From Octopus vulgaris (lineage: Eukaryota), in the NCBI GenBank assembly GCA_951406725.2, contig OX597832.1, positions 24,428,001 through 24,492,000 on the forward strand: a stretch of 64,000 nucleotides of DNA, in the 5' to 3' direction. The position numbers were made by a program, and so were the translations under genes. The notes under the pieces are model-generated. The model did no database searches, had not been told where the DNA came from, and worked only from the letters and a program-made list of their open reading frames with translations. This document shows, in pieces, positions 43,480 to 57,941 of the stretch (position 1 is the first letter of the stretch; every line of letters begins with the position of its first letter).

Positions 43480-44075
43480 GGCGCAGGCGTGGCTGCGTGG
43501 TAAGAAGCTTGCTTAAGGCCGCGGGCTGGCAGAATTGTTAGCACGCCGGGCGAAATGCTTAGCAGTATTTCGTCTGTCTTTACGTTCTGAGTTCAAATTC
43601 CGTCGAGGTCGACTTTGCCTTTCATCCTTTCGGGGTCGATTAAATAAGTACCAGTTACGTACTGAGGTCGATGCAATCGACATAATCCGTTTGTCTGTCC
43701 TCGTTTGTCCTCTCTATGTTTAGCCCCCTGTGGGCAATAAAGAAATAAGAAGCTTGCTTCCCAACCACATGGTTCTGGGTTCAGTCCTGCTGCGTGGCAC
43801 ATTGGGAAAGTGCCTTCTACTATACCTTCGGGCAGACCAAAACTTTGTGAGTGCATTGGGCACATATCTGTGTGTGTGTGTGTGTTTGTGTTTGCCCCCT
43901 CCTCCACCGCTTGACAACCGGTGTTGGTGTGTTTACGTCTCTGTAACTTAGCGCGTAGTAACCGATGGAATAAATACTAGGCTTTAAAAAAAGTACTGGG
44001 GTCGATTCGTCCGACTAAAAATTCCTTAAGGCGGTGTTCCAGTATGGCCGCAATCTAATGAGTGAAACAAATAAG
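43480..44075 (+). mobile_element. SINE family A interrupted by a family B SINE (43515-43745)
   Basis: 14-bp TSD TAAGAAGCTTGCTT at 43501 and 43746. Confidence 0.85.
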
Positions 44076-44155
44076 ATATATATATATATATCTTTTACTT
44101 GTTTCACTCATTATCCTCGCGTTGTTGTTTTTTCTTCCTTGTTCATGTTTGGATT

Positions 44156-44191
<36 letters not shown>

Positions 44192-44353
44192 ATGTATATA
44201 AATGCTATAATTATGGGGGTAATTATAATTAGATTTCAGCAAAATTTGCTTCACGACATACCGAAATTCAGAAATAGCAGTTAAAAGTAACTATTTCACT
44301 ACCATAAGAAAATCTCCCAGACAGCACTAATCAATAACCCACGCAGGCAAAAA

Positions 44354-44416
<63 letters not shown>

Positions 44417-44977
44417 TATACGTACATACACGCATATATTCTTGAAACAGCCAATAAATATTTGCTTCGCGAGTTGAGGGTCGGCCTAAAAAGTAAAGCA
44501 AGGTTGCTTTCGCAGTTGTTTAGAAGAATGAAGGGCAACTTGCGAGTACCTTAGGAAGGCAAGACTTCTACAGACACCAGTCCGGACGCACAATTGTATC
44601 GAAGAGTGAAAAGAAAACATGTTATATAGGCATAGTTGAAAAACGATTTATACATAGATCGCACAACCACTATTTCAACTTATTTTCAAATCCATCAAGA
44701 CTACTTTTTTTTAGACCCCTTACACTTCGTTTATGACAATAACAAAGTTAATTTTATTGGCAATAAACAAATGTTTATTAGCAATACAAAAAAGTTATTA
44801 GCTGTCAGCCCGATCCTGTAGGATTTGTATAGAAGACGTTCAGCTGTGACAGTCCGTCCGAAGCGTTAAGTGGTTGGGACATTAAAAAAAGCAGTCTGTC
44901 AAGCATACACACATATATTTGTGTGATTATTCATATCCATGCATCTATACCAAGAATACGAAACACCCATGTTTCGA

Positions 44978-45099
<122 letters not shown>

Positions 45100-45158
45100 T
45101 TATTATCATTATTATTATTATTATTTTTATTATTATTATTATTATATTATTATTATTA

Positions 45159-45204
<46 letters not shown>

Positions 45205-45399
45205 CATTATTATTATTATCATCATCATCATCATCATCATTATTATTATTATTATTATTACTACTACTACTTCGTTACGACATTCAGCTTATTATTCCGT
45301 TATATAATACATTCAAACAAATGTTAGTTTAAGGCGATAGCTGTTGAATGTATAGTTTTGAAAATCCTACCAGGAGTAAGATCGAACTTGAGTCAAACC

Positions 45400-45433
<34 letters not shown>

Positions 45434-45444
45434 TAATAATAATA

Positions 45445-45964
45445 ATTTTTTTTTATTTAAAAAAAAATTTTTTTTAAAAGGTTACAGAAAACGAGAAAGC
45501 AACCATACTCTGGGATATGCCGATACACACAGATAGAGAAATTAAGGCCAACAGACCAGATATAGTTGTCAGAGATCATGAAGAAAAAAAATGCTTTCTA
45601 ATTGATGTATCAATACCGGCAGATGACAACGTGTCTCTAAAAGAAATGGAGAAACTCTCAAAATACAAAGACCTGGAAATAGAGGTAACTAGAATGTGGA
45701 ATCTGAAAACAGAAACAATTCCTATCATAGTAGGTGCATTAGGCATGATAAAAAAATATTCAGACAAATACATAACAAAAACACCAGGACTTACAAACAC
45801 ATATATCATACAGAAAATTGCACTACTAGGCACTGCACACATCCTACGCAGAGCACTTTCCATACAATAACCATCAGAGCATCACAACAAATCACAGCAC
45901 ATACCCAAGGCACACAGAGCTGCGCTCGGTAGTGAAGTGAAAGCACGCTATAAAAATAAAACTA

Positions 45965-45970
<6 letters not shown>
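45445..45970 (+). mobile_element. R4/Dong-clade non-LTR retrotransposon 3' end (restriction-like endonuclease; coding 45481-45870)
   Basis: ILWDMPIHTDREIKANRPDIVV..CFLIDVSIP..EKLSKYKDL..IPIIVGALG..IQKIALLGTAHILR; (AAT)n on both sides. Confidence 0.9.
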
Positions 45971-46002
<32 letters not shown>

Positions 46003-46245
46003 TTTCAAATTTAGGCACAAGGCCAGCAATTTCGGGTGAGGGGGTATGTAGATTGCACTGGACCCCATTGTTCAACTGTTACTTATTTTATCGATCCCGA
46101 AAGGACGAAAGGCAAAATCAGCATTGACGGAAATTGAATCCAGAAGATAAAGACGGATGAAATACCGCTAAGCATTTTGTCCGGTGTAAAATAATGATAA
46201 TAATGAAAATAACAATTCGTAATTATAAGAATAATGATAATGATA

Positions 46246-46296
<51 letters not shown>

Positions 46297-46603
46297 GTAA
46301 TAGTAATATATTGTCGGCAACTTAACGCCTGAAGTTTAATTCAATAATAATTGGCTCATTAGAACTGTTTCTTTTCGGTGAATGTGTGTGTGTGTGTGTG
46401 TGTGTGTATGGATATGTGTGTTAATGTATATCTATGTATATATGTATATATATATATGTATATATAAATATTTACATATATAGATTAAGGCTCACATATA
46501 TACATACATGTATATTATACTCATATATATATATTTATATATATATACATTTAAATATTCGTGTGTATATGTATATATGTTTATATATACATATGCAAAT
46601 AAC

Positions 46604-46651
<48 letters not shown>

Positions 46652-46838
46652 GTGTTTATTTATGTGTGTGTATGATTCGCTCCATACATAAGTATTTCAA
46701 TTGTATGACGTCAACAGTCTAATATAGTCTTTCATTTTCTCTTAATTCACATTTACACACATATACAATATATATACATACACACAGACACGGACACACA
46801 GACATACACACGCACACATATATATATACATAATACAT

Positions 46839-46877
<39 letters not shown>

Positions 46878-46955
46878 CATACATAAACATATATATACAT
46901 ACATATATATACATACATGCATGTATATACATAAACGTATATATGAATGTAATAT

Positions 46956-47004
<49 letters not shown>

Positions 47005-47198
47005 ATGTACGTACGTACGTATGTATGTATGTATAGAATCATACATGTATTCCTATATATATATAATATGCATGTATATACATATAGTGTATATATATGT
47101 ATGTGTGCGTGTGTGTGTATAAATTAATGGATAATGAAATATTATATAAGACATTTGACGTCATACAATTGAATACATACTTATGTACGGAGACATAC

Positions 47199-47237
<39 letters not shown>

Positions 47238-47473
47238 ACACAGACACATGTTTATATTTACATACATGTTTGCCTACGCAGACAAACATGTATGCACACA
47301 CGTACACGTGTGCATTATTTATTAACCTTACTTTAGCCGTATTATAGAAAACAACAGCTAAGCCTGTTAAAGTAACACAACACGGCTAATTGCCTCGTCA
47401 AACATTTATTAAATAACGGCCATGCCACCGCCGACAACAACAACAACAACAAGAACAACTACAGCAACAACAA

Positions 47474-47840
47474 GTGGAGGCGCAACGGCCCGGTGGTTAG
47501 GGCAGCGGTCTCGCAGTCGAAGGATCGCGGTTTCGATTCCCAGACCGGGCGTTGTGTGTGTTTATTGAGCGAAAACACCTAAAGCTCCACGATGTTCCGG
47601 CAGTGGGGTGGTGGCGACCCCTGTTGTACTCTTTCGCCCCAACTTTCTCTCACTCTTTCTTCCTGTTTCTTGTCCCCGACTTCCTACGCAACCACTGACC
47701 CTGGATGCGCATTCATCCATCCGTCGATGCTCTCGGTGTCGGGGGGTTGACCTGCTCTCTCTTCTGCGGGTCTTACGAATAGCAAAGGACCACGTTCCAG
47801 ACTTCTCCCATCTTGGGAGCTCTAGGACGAAGATCGTTCG
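47474..47840 (+). mobile_element. tRNA-derived SINE family C variant
   Basis: GGAGGCGCAACGGCCCGGTGGTTAGGGCAGCGG...GGTTTCGATTCCCAGACC; homologues at 48180-48467 and 56558-56945 (minus). Confidence 0.8.
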
Positions 47841-48109
47841 CTCAACAGTAACAGCAGTAGTAGTAGTAGCAGTAGCAGTAGGAGCAACAGAAAGAGGAGA
47901 TTTATTAGCAAATAAATAAGTATATTTGTATAAGCTTACAAAGAATAAGTCCTGGGGTCGATTTGCTCGACTAAAAGCGGTGCACCAGCATGGCCGCAGT
48001 TAAATCACTGAAATAAATAAAAGAATATATATAGAAAGACGTATATATGTATATATATGTGTGTGTATGTATGTATGTATGTATGTATGTATGTATGTAT
48101 GTATGTATG

Positions 48110-48171
<62 letters not shown>

Positions 48172-48508
48172 TGTATACTACGTGATCACGTGAGCGACCA
48201 GGCTATCAGATGTTGCTACACATCGCTGGTCACAATGCGCTTCGCATTGTTTTAGCCTTCAAATGACGCCAGGCCAACAGAAGAAAGAGTGAGAGAAAGT
48301 TGGGGCGAAAGAGTACAGCAGGGATCGCCACCACCCCCTGCCGGAGCCTCGCGGAGCTTTTAGGTGTTTTCGCTCTCTAAACACTCACAACGCCCGGTCT
48401 GGGAATCGAAACCGCGATCCTTCGACCGCGAGTCCGCTGCCCTAACCACTGGGTCATTGCGCCTCCACACACACATATATGTATATATGTATATGTATGT
48501 GTATACAT

Positions 48509-48551
<43 letters not shown>

Positions 48552-49071
48552 CATTAATAAATAAAATAAAACATATGCATATATATAAACATATATGTAC
48601 GTACCTACCTCTACATGTACATATACACGCATATATGAGTACAGGATACCAAAAGGACGTCGAACACAATGAGAAACGAAAACAGACACAAACCAAAGGA
48701 ACTGGGCATTTATTTAAAATCAGCAAAAAAATAGAGTACAGGACAATTAACACAAAGAGAAAAACCCCTTCTTCAGTCGCTAAAGGTTTCATCTACTCTA
48801 CGTTTCGAAGGATAAATGCGAGACGTATCTTCGACAAGAAACTTTCCTTCCTGCGAAAAGCAAATCAATTAAAATTCTGAGATCTTTTCGCAGAGGGGTA
48901 AAAAATGGTAAAAACAGGACAGTGACGACAGTACAAATTGTAAACAGTAAAGGACAGGACAAGGAAAAGCAAGATAAGAAGGGCTGTTGACGCCGAACGA
49001 AAAAATGTATTGCAAACGCAGAATTTTTTATGGACGACGAGCGGAACAAGAAGAAATGTCGTCCATTACCT

Positions 49072-49109
<38 letters not shown>

Positions 49110-49186
49110 AAGGTATATATATATATATATTTGTTTATTTCCGTAAACCTGCCTTCGTCTTTTGTCTATTTTCATAAAGCTTCCCG

Positions 49187-49353
<167 letters not shown>

Positions 49354-50298
49354 TATGTAGTGTTAGGTGTGATTTACAGAATTGAATATTGAAAAAAAGT
49401 CGTAAGAATTTTGGAAAGAACTTTTTTTATTATATTTCATAATAGCGCTTTCGTTCGTCTTTCGAACTTTTCAAATACAATTCAGTAAACCCTAACCCTA
49501 ACCCTTGCTTGTTTTTTTTGGGGGGATTTTGTTTATAAAAGAACATTGTTTTTGTTTTGTTTTTTGGCCGGGTGGTATCTTTGATGACAATGGGAAATGG
49601 ATAGATAGATAAATAAACAGTCAGATAGACTGATAGATAGATAGTCAGATAGATAGAAAGATGGATAGGGTAAAAGAGAGAGAGAGGAAGGCCATTCATT
49701 TTCTTATAACCATTTTCATTGTATTGCAATGGTCTTTCTAAGGATTATCAACAGAAAATAAATAAATAAATAAAAGTAAAAACTTGTTTACTCTTACACC
49801 ATTGTTTGGAAATGGTTTTTAAGGGATGGTAAGAAAAGAAAGAAAAGAAAAAGAAAAAAGAAAGAAAAAATAGAGAATAAGAAATAAAAAATAATAAAAA
49901 ATATGTTTTCCTGTCCTTTCTATTTTAGTTCTTTTTTTATATAGTCTTTGAGTTATATTTAGACAATATTCATGTCATACATTTATTTATTTATTTTTGG
50001 TAAGGTGTAGTTCTGTATGAAAATACATTAGTAAAATAAAATAACTATATATATCATATATATCATACTCATACATACATACAGACATACATATATACAT
50101 ACATACATATTTACATACATACATACATCTCAAGTATATTCAGCCGAAATTGCGATGATGATCCGGTTCTTGACTGAGGATAGAAAGCTTCGAATGACCC
50201 CTCCTTGTTTTTTTTTTATATCGTCTATCTGGATGTTTTGTTGTCCCTTTTTGTATCACCTAGTTGTCCGGATATTTTGCGTACTTGTTCCATTTTGC

Positions 50299-50358
<60 letters not shown>

Positions 50359-50377
50359 AGCGGTGTATGTACACTTT

Positions 50378-50454
<77 letters not shown>

Positions 50455-50456
<2 letters not shown>

Positions 50457-50613
50457 TATTTAAAGCAGCAGAAAAAAATTCAACAAAACCTGTTACTCTG
50501 AGTTTCCCGTTGCCGTTCATCGGACAGTTTTTTCTAGCAAAAACTGTCCGATGAACGACAACGGGAAACTCAGAGTAACAGGTTTTGTTGAATTTTCTGC
50601 TGCTTTAAATAAA
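50455..50613. ncRNA. Palindrome carrying two outward-facing U4C HHR-like motifs (50490-50527 minus; 50544-50581 plus)
   Basis: CTGT-CCGATGA-ACG (G/A)CAA CGG-GAAA-CTC A GAG-TA-ACAG on both arms. Confidence 0.7.
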
Positions 50614-50685
50614 GCATATTACTCTACCACTGGTATTTGAGTACTCTTTTTTCCACCTTGTTTCACATTTATGTGTTTACTCCGG

Positions 50686-50747
<62 letters not shown>

Positions 50748-50765
50748 GTATATTTATATATATAT

Positions 50766-50898
<133 letters not shown>

Positions 50899-50931
50899 CA
50901 AAACGTACTCTTTGCTTTTCTTTTTTCTCTT

Positions 50932-51370
50932 TCAAACATTTAATTTCGGAGAGAATATTTTTATGAAGTGTAGTTCCGTTGCCTTTCGGTATTGCGGATC
51001 GTCCCGTGGACATTTGTAAAAGGGAAAGATTTTGAACTTTCCGTCTCCGCACATTTCTAGATGCTTACTCAACGGAATCTTTCGTAGTTCTTCTTGCCAT
51101 ATATGTTGCCTGTGAATTCTTGCACTTTGGCAGAGGGAGTTATTCGTTTCGCCAATGTAATTTTCTTTACAGTTTGGGCAGGTAATGCAGTATATGAGAT
51201 TTTGTGTTTTACAGTTCACATCTGCGTTTATTTTTAAAATGGATCTGTTCTTGAACTTTATGTGGAAACCACTTTCTGTGTACTTGAAGTTGTTGGTATT
51301 GTTACACGTTCTACATCTCCACATTCTTTTACTACGAATTCGGGTTCCTTCTCTGATCTGAATTCTCATA
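50932..51370 (-). mobile_element. PLE (Neptune-like) GIY-YIG endonuclease fragment
   Basis: RCRTC...NCKTQNLIYCITCPNCKENYIGET...H...SKH..C..FKIFPF...R...E..FI....PKLN. Confidence 0.88.
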
Positions 51371-51387
51371 TATATACATACACACAC

Positions 51388-51466
<79 letters not shown>

Positions 51467-51472
<6 letters not shown>

Positions 51473-51693
51473 AGAAAAATAAAAACGGAAAATACGCACA
51501 CTTACATGGTTATAGTATAATTTTTAATGTATCGACCGGTTTCGCAATCGCTATTCATGATACAATGTTTAATTTATATGAAAATATATTTTTTTTTAAG
51601 AAGAAAATGGGATTGCGAAACCGGTCGATACATTAAAAAATATACTATAACCATGTAAGTGTGCGTATTTTCCGTTTTTATTTTTCTTATATA
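51467..51693. repeat. Palindrome (arms 51467-51549 / 51611-51693) of PLE-terminal type
   Basis: Arms are reverse complements; both carry GC-GAAACCGGTC-GATAC and a downstream GTAAGT. Confidence 0.9.
51528..51564 (-). ncRNA. Minimal HHR-like motif with an A3-U8 core
   Basis: TGTATC-ATGAATA-GC GATT GC-GAAA-CCGG-TC-GATACA. Confidence 0.65.
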
Positions 51694-51742
51694 CATTACA
51701 ATCCACCACGTGGGGACAACCGAAATTCCTCTTTTCTGTTAC

Positions 51743-51782
<40 letters not shown>

Positions 51783-51936
51783 GTGTGTGTGTGTATGTAT
51801 GTATGTATGTATGTTTGTATGTATGTATGTATGTATGTATGTATGTGCGTGTATGTATGTATGCATATGTATAATATGTATTAAAGCAGATGTGTTTCAA
51901 GAGGGAACAGAAGGAATTTACCCTAAATATTATAAT

Positions 51937-52950
51937 ACGCGGTGGTATCAAAACGTTTTCGGACTAGTTCTGTAGCGTGCCAACAGATGGCAGCTCATGG
52001 TTGCGTGCACAGTGAGAGCTAGCAGTGTGCCGAATGATGTTGCTGTGTTTACTTCGCAAGTTGGGAAATGTGTGTTCTTGTGATCACGTGTCTGCTGCTG
52101 TCTGCGATTTTTGTCATGGACAGGAAGTTGGAACATGGAGCCAACATGAAATTTTGCGTTAAACTTGGGAAGTCTGTTACAGAGACATTGGGCATGCTTC
52201 GACAAGCTTAGGGTAACAAGACAACGAGTCGTATACAATGTTTCGAGTGGCACGATTGCTTCAAAAGCGGAAAAAAAATCCCTGGAGGTGTTGAATGGTC
52301 TGGAAGACTTACCACGTGCGTCATCCCTGGAAATGTGGCGCAAATTCATCAGCTTGTATATGAGGATCATCGGAGGAGAATGACATTGCTGAGGTTGTTG
52401 ATCTGTCGTGTGGGTCCGAATAGGCAATCCTAAAGTCTGAATCTGCCAAGCTTGTTCCACCACCTGCTGGCCACTGAGCAGAAATCACCTATTCTACTAT
52501 AGGGACAAGGCCTGACATTTTTGGGAAAGGGGCAAGTCGATTATATCGACCCCAGTACTCAACTGGTACTTAATTTATCGACCCTGAAAGGATGAAAGGC
52601 AAAGTCGACCTCGGCAGAATTTGAACTCATAACGCAGCGGCAGACGAAATGTTGCTAAGAATTTCACCCGACATACCAACGATTCTTATTTCTTTACTGC
52701 CCACAAGGGGCTACACACAGAAGGGGCAAACAAAGACAGACAAACGGATCAAGTCGATTACATCGATCCCCAGTGCGTAACTGGTACTTAATTTATCGAC
52801 CCTGAAAGGATGAAAGGCAAAGTCGACCTCGGCGGAATTTGAACTCATAACGCAGCGGCAGACGAAATATCGTTAAGCATTTCGCCCGACGTGCTAACGA
52901 TTCTGCCAGCTCGCCGCCTTTACTGAGCAGAAATAACATCGCGTCGAAGT
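51937..52950 (+). mobile_element. Mariner transposase 5' fragment with nested family B SINEs (52486-52921)
   Basis: TIR-like TACGCGGTGGTATCAAAACGTTTTCGGACT; ANMKFCVKLGKSVTETLGMLRQA*G...QCFEWH..FKSG; TSD ACTGAGCAGAAAT at 52473 and 52922. Confidence 0.85.
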
Positions 52951-53163
52951 GGGAGGGTCTAAGCGATTATATCGACCCCCCAGAGCTCCAAACGGTCCTT
53001 TATCGATCCCAAAAGGATGAAAAGTTAAAGTCTACCCCGGCGGAATTTGAACTCAGAGCGTAAAACAGTTCTATATTTAAGTGATGAGGAATTATGTACA
53101 TTATTTACATTATTTACTTATTTACATTTGAAGGATATTTGTCATCATCTTGTTTGTTGTTAT

Positions 53164-53205
53164 CACAACGTTTCGGTTGATGTACTCTCCAGCCTTCATC
53201 AGGTG
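53164..53205 (-). ncRNA. Minimal type I HHR
   Basis: CAC-CTGATGA-A-GGCTGG AGAGTACA TCAACC-GAAA-CG-TT-GTG. Confidence 0.75.
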
Positions 53206-54338
53206 TCTTGGGGAAATTTCGAACAAGGGTTCTCATTCCTAAGGTATTTTTCGATGTTATTATATGGCGTAGTGGTTAAGAGCGCGGGCTACTAACCTCC
53301 AAATTCCGAGTTCGATTCCACACATACATACACATATATATTCAAATGTGTGTGTGCGTGTTTAATTTTTTAAAAAAAGACGTTATTGACCATAAAAGTA
53401 TTTGAAATCAAGGTGCAGTGAGTTGCAACGTAGACCACGATTCGGACGAAACGCCGCTTCAATTTTTAAAAAGCATCAATAAAAATACACAAATGTTTTC
53501 ACTCACCTTCTCATCGTATGATTTCCAGAATATTCTACAGTTATATGAATGGTTTTAAAATATAAATTCTCTCCTTGTTGAGTAGCTTCGGGAGCGTTCA
53601 GATGGAACCGATCTACAATCAAAGACGCTCCAGCCACGAATATACCATTTGTATACAAATTAGTGTATGTAGGACTCAATATCCGATATGAACTTCATTC
53701 GTGGTTGTTGTTGTTGCTGATGTTGATGTTCAGTTTCAGATGAATCAGCCGATACCATCCCATCCTTTAGTCATACATGGTGTAGCTACGACTACATAAC
53801 TCAACGTAATTTTTGTTTTCTTTTAAATATATTAAAATGAGATTTGAAGGCAATTTAGCTTTAGACGAACGACCACATAAAGATTCCTCACTTCGGTTAC
53901 GAGTCCTGCTTGTTTTAGACGGCAGAGTAGGATATGAGTGCGACTTGGTTGCTATTTCTAACAGGGCAATTAGCGGCGTAGAAGACCTCCATTAGCTCAA
54001 TGTATATACTTTTTATCGAAGGCATTGAATTAATCAACGAATCTGTGTGTGTGAGTATGCTTGTGTGTGTGTGTGTGAGTGTGAGTGTTGTCTCTCTCTC
54101 TTGCGAGTTTCTGTGCGTGTGCGTGTGAGTATGTATAAATCTCTGTCTGTCTTCTGTCTGTATGTTTGTATGTATGTATGTATGTATGTATGTATGTATG
54201 TATGTATGTATGTATGTATGTATACATACATATGTATAGGCCAACGCAGACATTTTACTCATATTTACACACACGAATATATACACGTTTTTAATACACA
54301 AACACATGTCTACACTCACACACACACACACACACACA

Positions 54339-54372
<34 letters not shown>

Positions 54373-54508
54373 ACTTCCCACACACCCCACCCTATAACTG
54401 CAGGATTTAATTCCTGATGAGTCAAAACATGAAAATGTTTCTATTTGTTTGAAGTAAAACAATACGATAATCCTAGAAACCACCACCACCGCCACCACCA
54501 ATGCCACC

Positions 54509-54604
<96 letters not shown>

Positions 54605-54986
54605 ACTACTACCCCTGCAATAAACGGTACATATAGACTAAAAAAAAAGAACTTGAAAGAAAAAGGTTAAGGTCTATTCCATTCCAGGGAACTGAAAAGG
54701 AGTTGTGCGGCTCAGTATGAAACATGGAATAAAAAGAATTGTCAAACAATAAGGTATTCAAATACAATACATAAAAAAAAAAAGACTATGAAATATACAC
54801 AATTTGAAATTGAGGCAAGATACAATATATAATGAAATAGAGTAGAGTAAAGAAAGGAAAGAAGAACCATCGCAGAAACCGATCTTGGCCAAGAAACCGA
54901 TCTTGGCCATGAGATGTTGCACGTGAAGAAAGTAAAAAACAAAAACCCCAAAAAACGCGTGGGCATTTTCTAATGTTGTAATAATG

Positions 54987-55069
<83 letters not shown>

Positions 55070-55211
55070 TATATATATATATATGTATATATATATCTAT
55101 GTATGTATATATGTGTGTGTGTATATATATATATATATACTTATAAATGTATATATCTATATATACATGTATAAGTATAGATGTACACATATCACATATC
55201 CCTATTCACAC

Positions 55212-55266
<55 letters not shown>

Positions 55267-55312
55267 TACATACATATATGCATAGATACATACATTCAAA
55301 CTACTTACATAC

Positions 55313-55379
<67 letters not shown>

Positions 55380-55429
55380 CATCTATCTGTCTGTCTATCT
55401 GTCTGTCTGTCTGTCTGGCTGGCTGGCTG

Positions 55430-55502
<73 letters not shown>

Positions 55503-55899
55503 ATACATATATACATACACGCATAAATTGAAAATTAAGTGAGCTGAAAAGCCGAGGATAAGAAAACAAGGAAACCGTTAAGCAACTTTCATAATTTGTC
55601 AACAGAAAGCAGCTGATAAAGATAGAATATAACTACCGCGCATGCAGGGCGAGAGGGGGGGTAAGTCAGAAAGCAATTACCATGGTTCTTGAGAATTATC
55701 TAGAAGCTAACAAGGACAAAAAGCTTAGTATAATGTAAATATAAGGAAAAAAACAAAACAAGAAATGTTTGTAAACATATAAAATACAAAGGAGAAACTC
55801 ATTATATATCTATATATATATCTATATATATATCTATATCTATATATATCTCTCTATATATATCTAAACCTTTATATATATATCTATATATATCTAAAC

Positions 55900-55937
<38 letters not shown>

Positions 55938-55966
55938 CACCTATTATATATATATATATATAAAGG

Positions 55967-56040
<74 letters not shown>

Positions 56041-56557
56041 AAGGTTTAGATAACGAGTTTAGATAAGGAGAAACTATCAGAAAAGGTAAAAATCAAAACG
56101 GAAGAAAAAAAAAATCAAAATCGGAAATACAAAATTACTAAAAAAAAAAATATATAAATGAAAGAGAGAATGGAAACACTATATCGTGGCCTGTTTTTCT
56201 GAATGACCGAACGGACAGGAAGCGAACTAATGTGAAAACCAACAATGACTTCTAAAGTTGCAGATTAAAATCAGGAACGGAAGCTTCGATTTTAAGCGGC
56301 AGAAGATGAAAGACTAAACTTTTGAAAAGTTGTAAATTAAAACTTTGAAAATTGAAACTAAAGTCAAATGCAGAATGTGTCATCGATTGAAACAAACTAT
56401 GAATCAATCACCTGGTTTTCGACTGTCCCATCCTCGGAAAGACAATTAAAGGTATATCAGTAATTTAAAAAAAAAAATAATACATGACGAACGCAAATAG
56501 GACAATAAAAAAGCAAGAATAAGAAACCGAATAGCAAAATGCACTCTTGTTCATATC

Positions 56558-56945
56558 TATGGAAGCACTCCGTCGGTTACGACGATGAGGGTTCCGGTTG
56601 ATCCGAATCAACGGAACAGCCTGCTCGTGAAATTAACGTGTACGTGGCTGAGCACTCCACAGACACGTGTACCCTTAACGTAGTTCTCGGGGATATTCAG
56701 CGTGACACAGAGAGTGACATGGCCGGCCCTTTGAAATACAGGTACAACAGAAACAGGAAGTAAGAGTGAGAGAAAGTTGTGGTGAAAGAGTACAGCAGGG
56801 ATCACCACCATCCCCTGCCGGAGCCTCGTGGAGCTTTTGGGTGTTTTCGCTCAATAAACACTCACAACGCCCGGTCTGGGAATCGAAACCGCGATCCTAC
56901 GACCGCGAGTCCGCTGCCCTAACCACTGGGCCATTGCGCCTCCAC
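56558..56945 (-). mobile_element. SINE family C variant
   Basis: Homologous to 47474 and 48180-48467. Confidence 0.8.
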
Positions 56946-57041
56946 TGAATGACTTGCAACAGAATATAAAGGTAAGTTGTATTTGGAGAACGATGAGAGA
57001 ATAAATAATAAATGTCTGAACGAGATTTTCATCGAAAACCG

Positions 57042-57100
57042 GTGATTGTCGTACGCTGATGACAGGTCAATACCTAGAAACTGCAGTCCGTGCGTATCAC
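57042..57100 (+). ncRNA. Type I HHR with an extended, internally looped stem I
   Basis: GTGAT-TGT-CGTACG-CTGATGA-C AGGT CAAT ACCT A-GAAA-C TGCA G-TC-CGTGCG-T-ATCAC. Confidence 0.82.
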
Positions 57101-57325
57101 TTGACGAGGGAAGGATGACCTCCCTTTGCAAATACCCTTAAGAGCACAGAAAGTGTGCCTAAAGCCAGCTGGAGGAGATGTTCTCCTGGGGCTACAAGCT
57201 ACAGTAACACCCACCCTTTGAGGTTAGCCATATTGAGATGGCAAATATACCTCACATTGATGAGGGAATAGAAGGAAAGGAAAAAGAAATAACAACTGAG
57301 AAACACGATTTCTAAGAATTGTTGT

Positions 57326-57367
<42 letters not shown>

Positions 57368-57389
57368 GTCTGTCTGTCTTTCTGTCTGT

Positions 57390-57508
<119 letters not shown>

Positions 57509-57530
57509 GTCTATCTATATATATATATAT

Positions 57531-57790
57531 AGGCATAGGAGTGGTTGTGTGGTAAGTTGCTTGCGTACCAACCACATGGTTCCGGGTTCAGTCCCACTGC
57601 GTGGCACTTTGGGCAAGTGTCTTCTACTATAGCCTCGATGCTGGTGTGTTTGTTTCCACGTAACTTAGCGATTCGACAAAAGAGACCGATAGAATAAGTA
57701 CTAGGATTACAAAGAATAAGTCCTGGGGTTGGTTTGCTCGACTAAAGGCGGTGCTCCAGCATGGCTGCAGTCAAATGACTGAAACAAGAA
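57531..57790 (+). mobile_element. SINE family A, internally deleted
   Basis: Head and tail joined without the microsatellite core. Confidence 0.8.
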
Positions 57791-57815
57791 AAAAAGAAAA
57801 AAAAGAAAAAGAATT

Positions 57816-57847
<32 letters not shown>

Positions 57848-57882
57848 TATATGTGTGTATATATATATATATATATACATAT

Positions 57883-57941
<59 letters not shown>

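Noticed and set aside
47474-47550. tRNA-like heads here and at 32400, 53265 and 56870
   Set aside because: No complete cloverleaf; most continue into shared SINE bodies.
49488-49506. AACCCTAACCCTAACCCT telomere-like repeat
   Set aside because: Under three full units; no supporting structure.
54414-54445. CTGATGA...GAAA at ~54414
   Set aside because: No stem I, II or III pairing.
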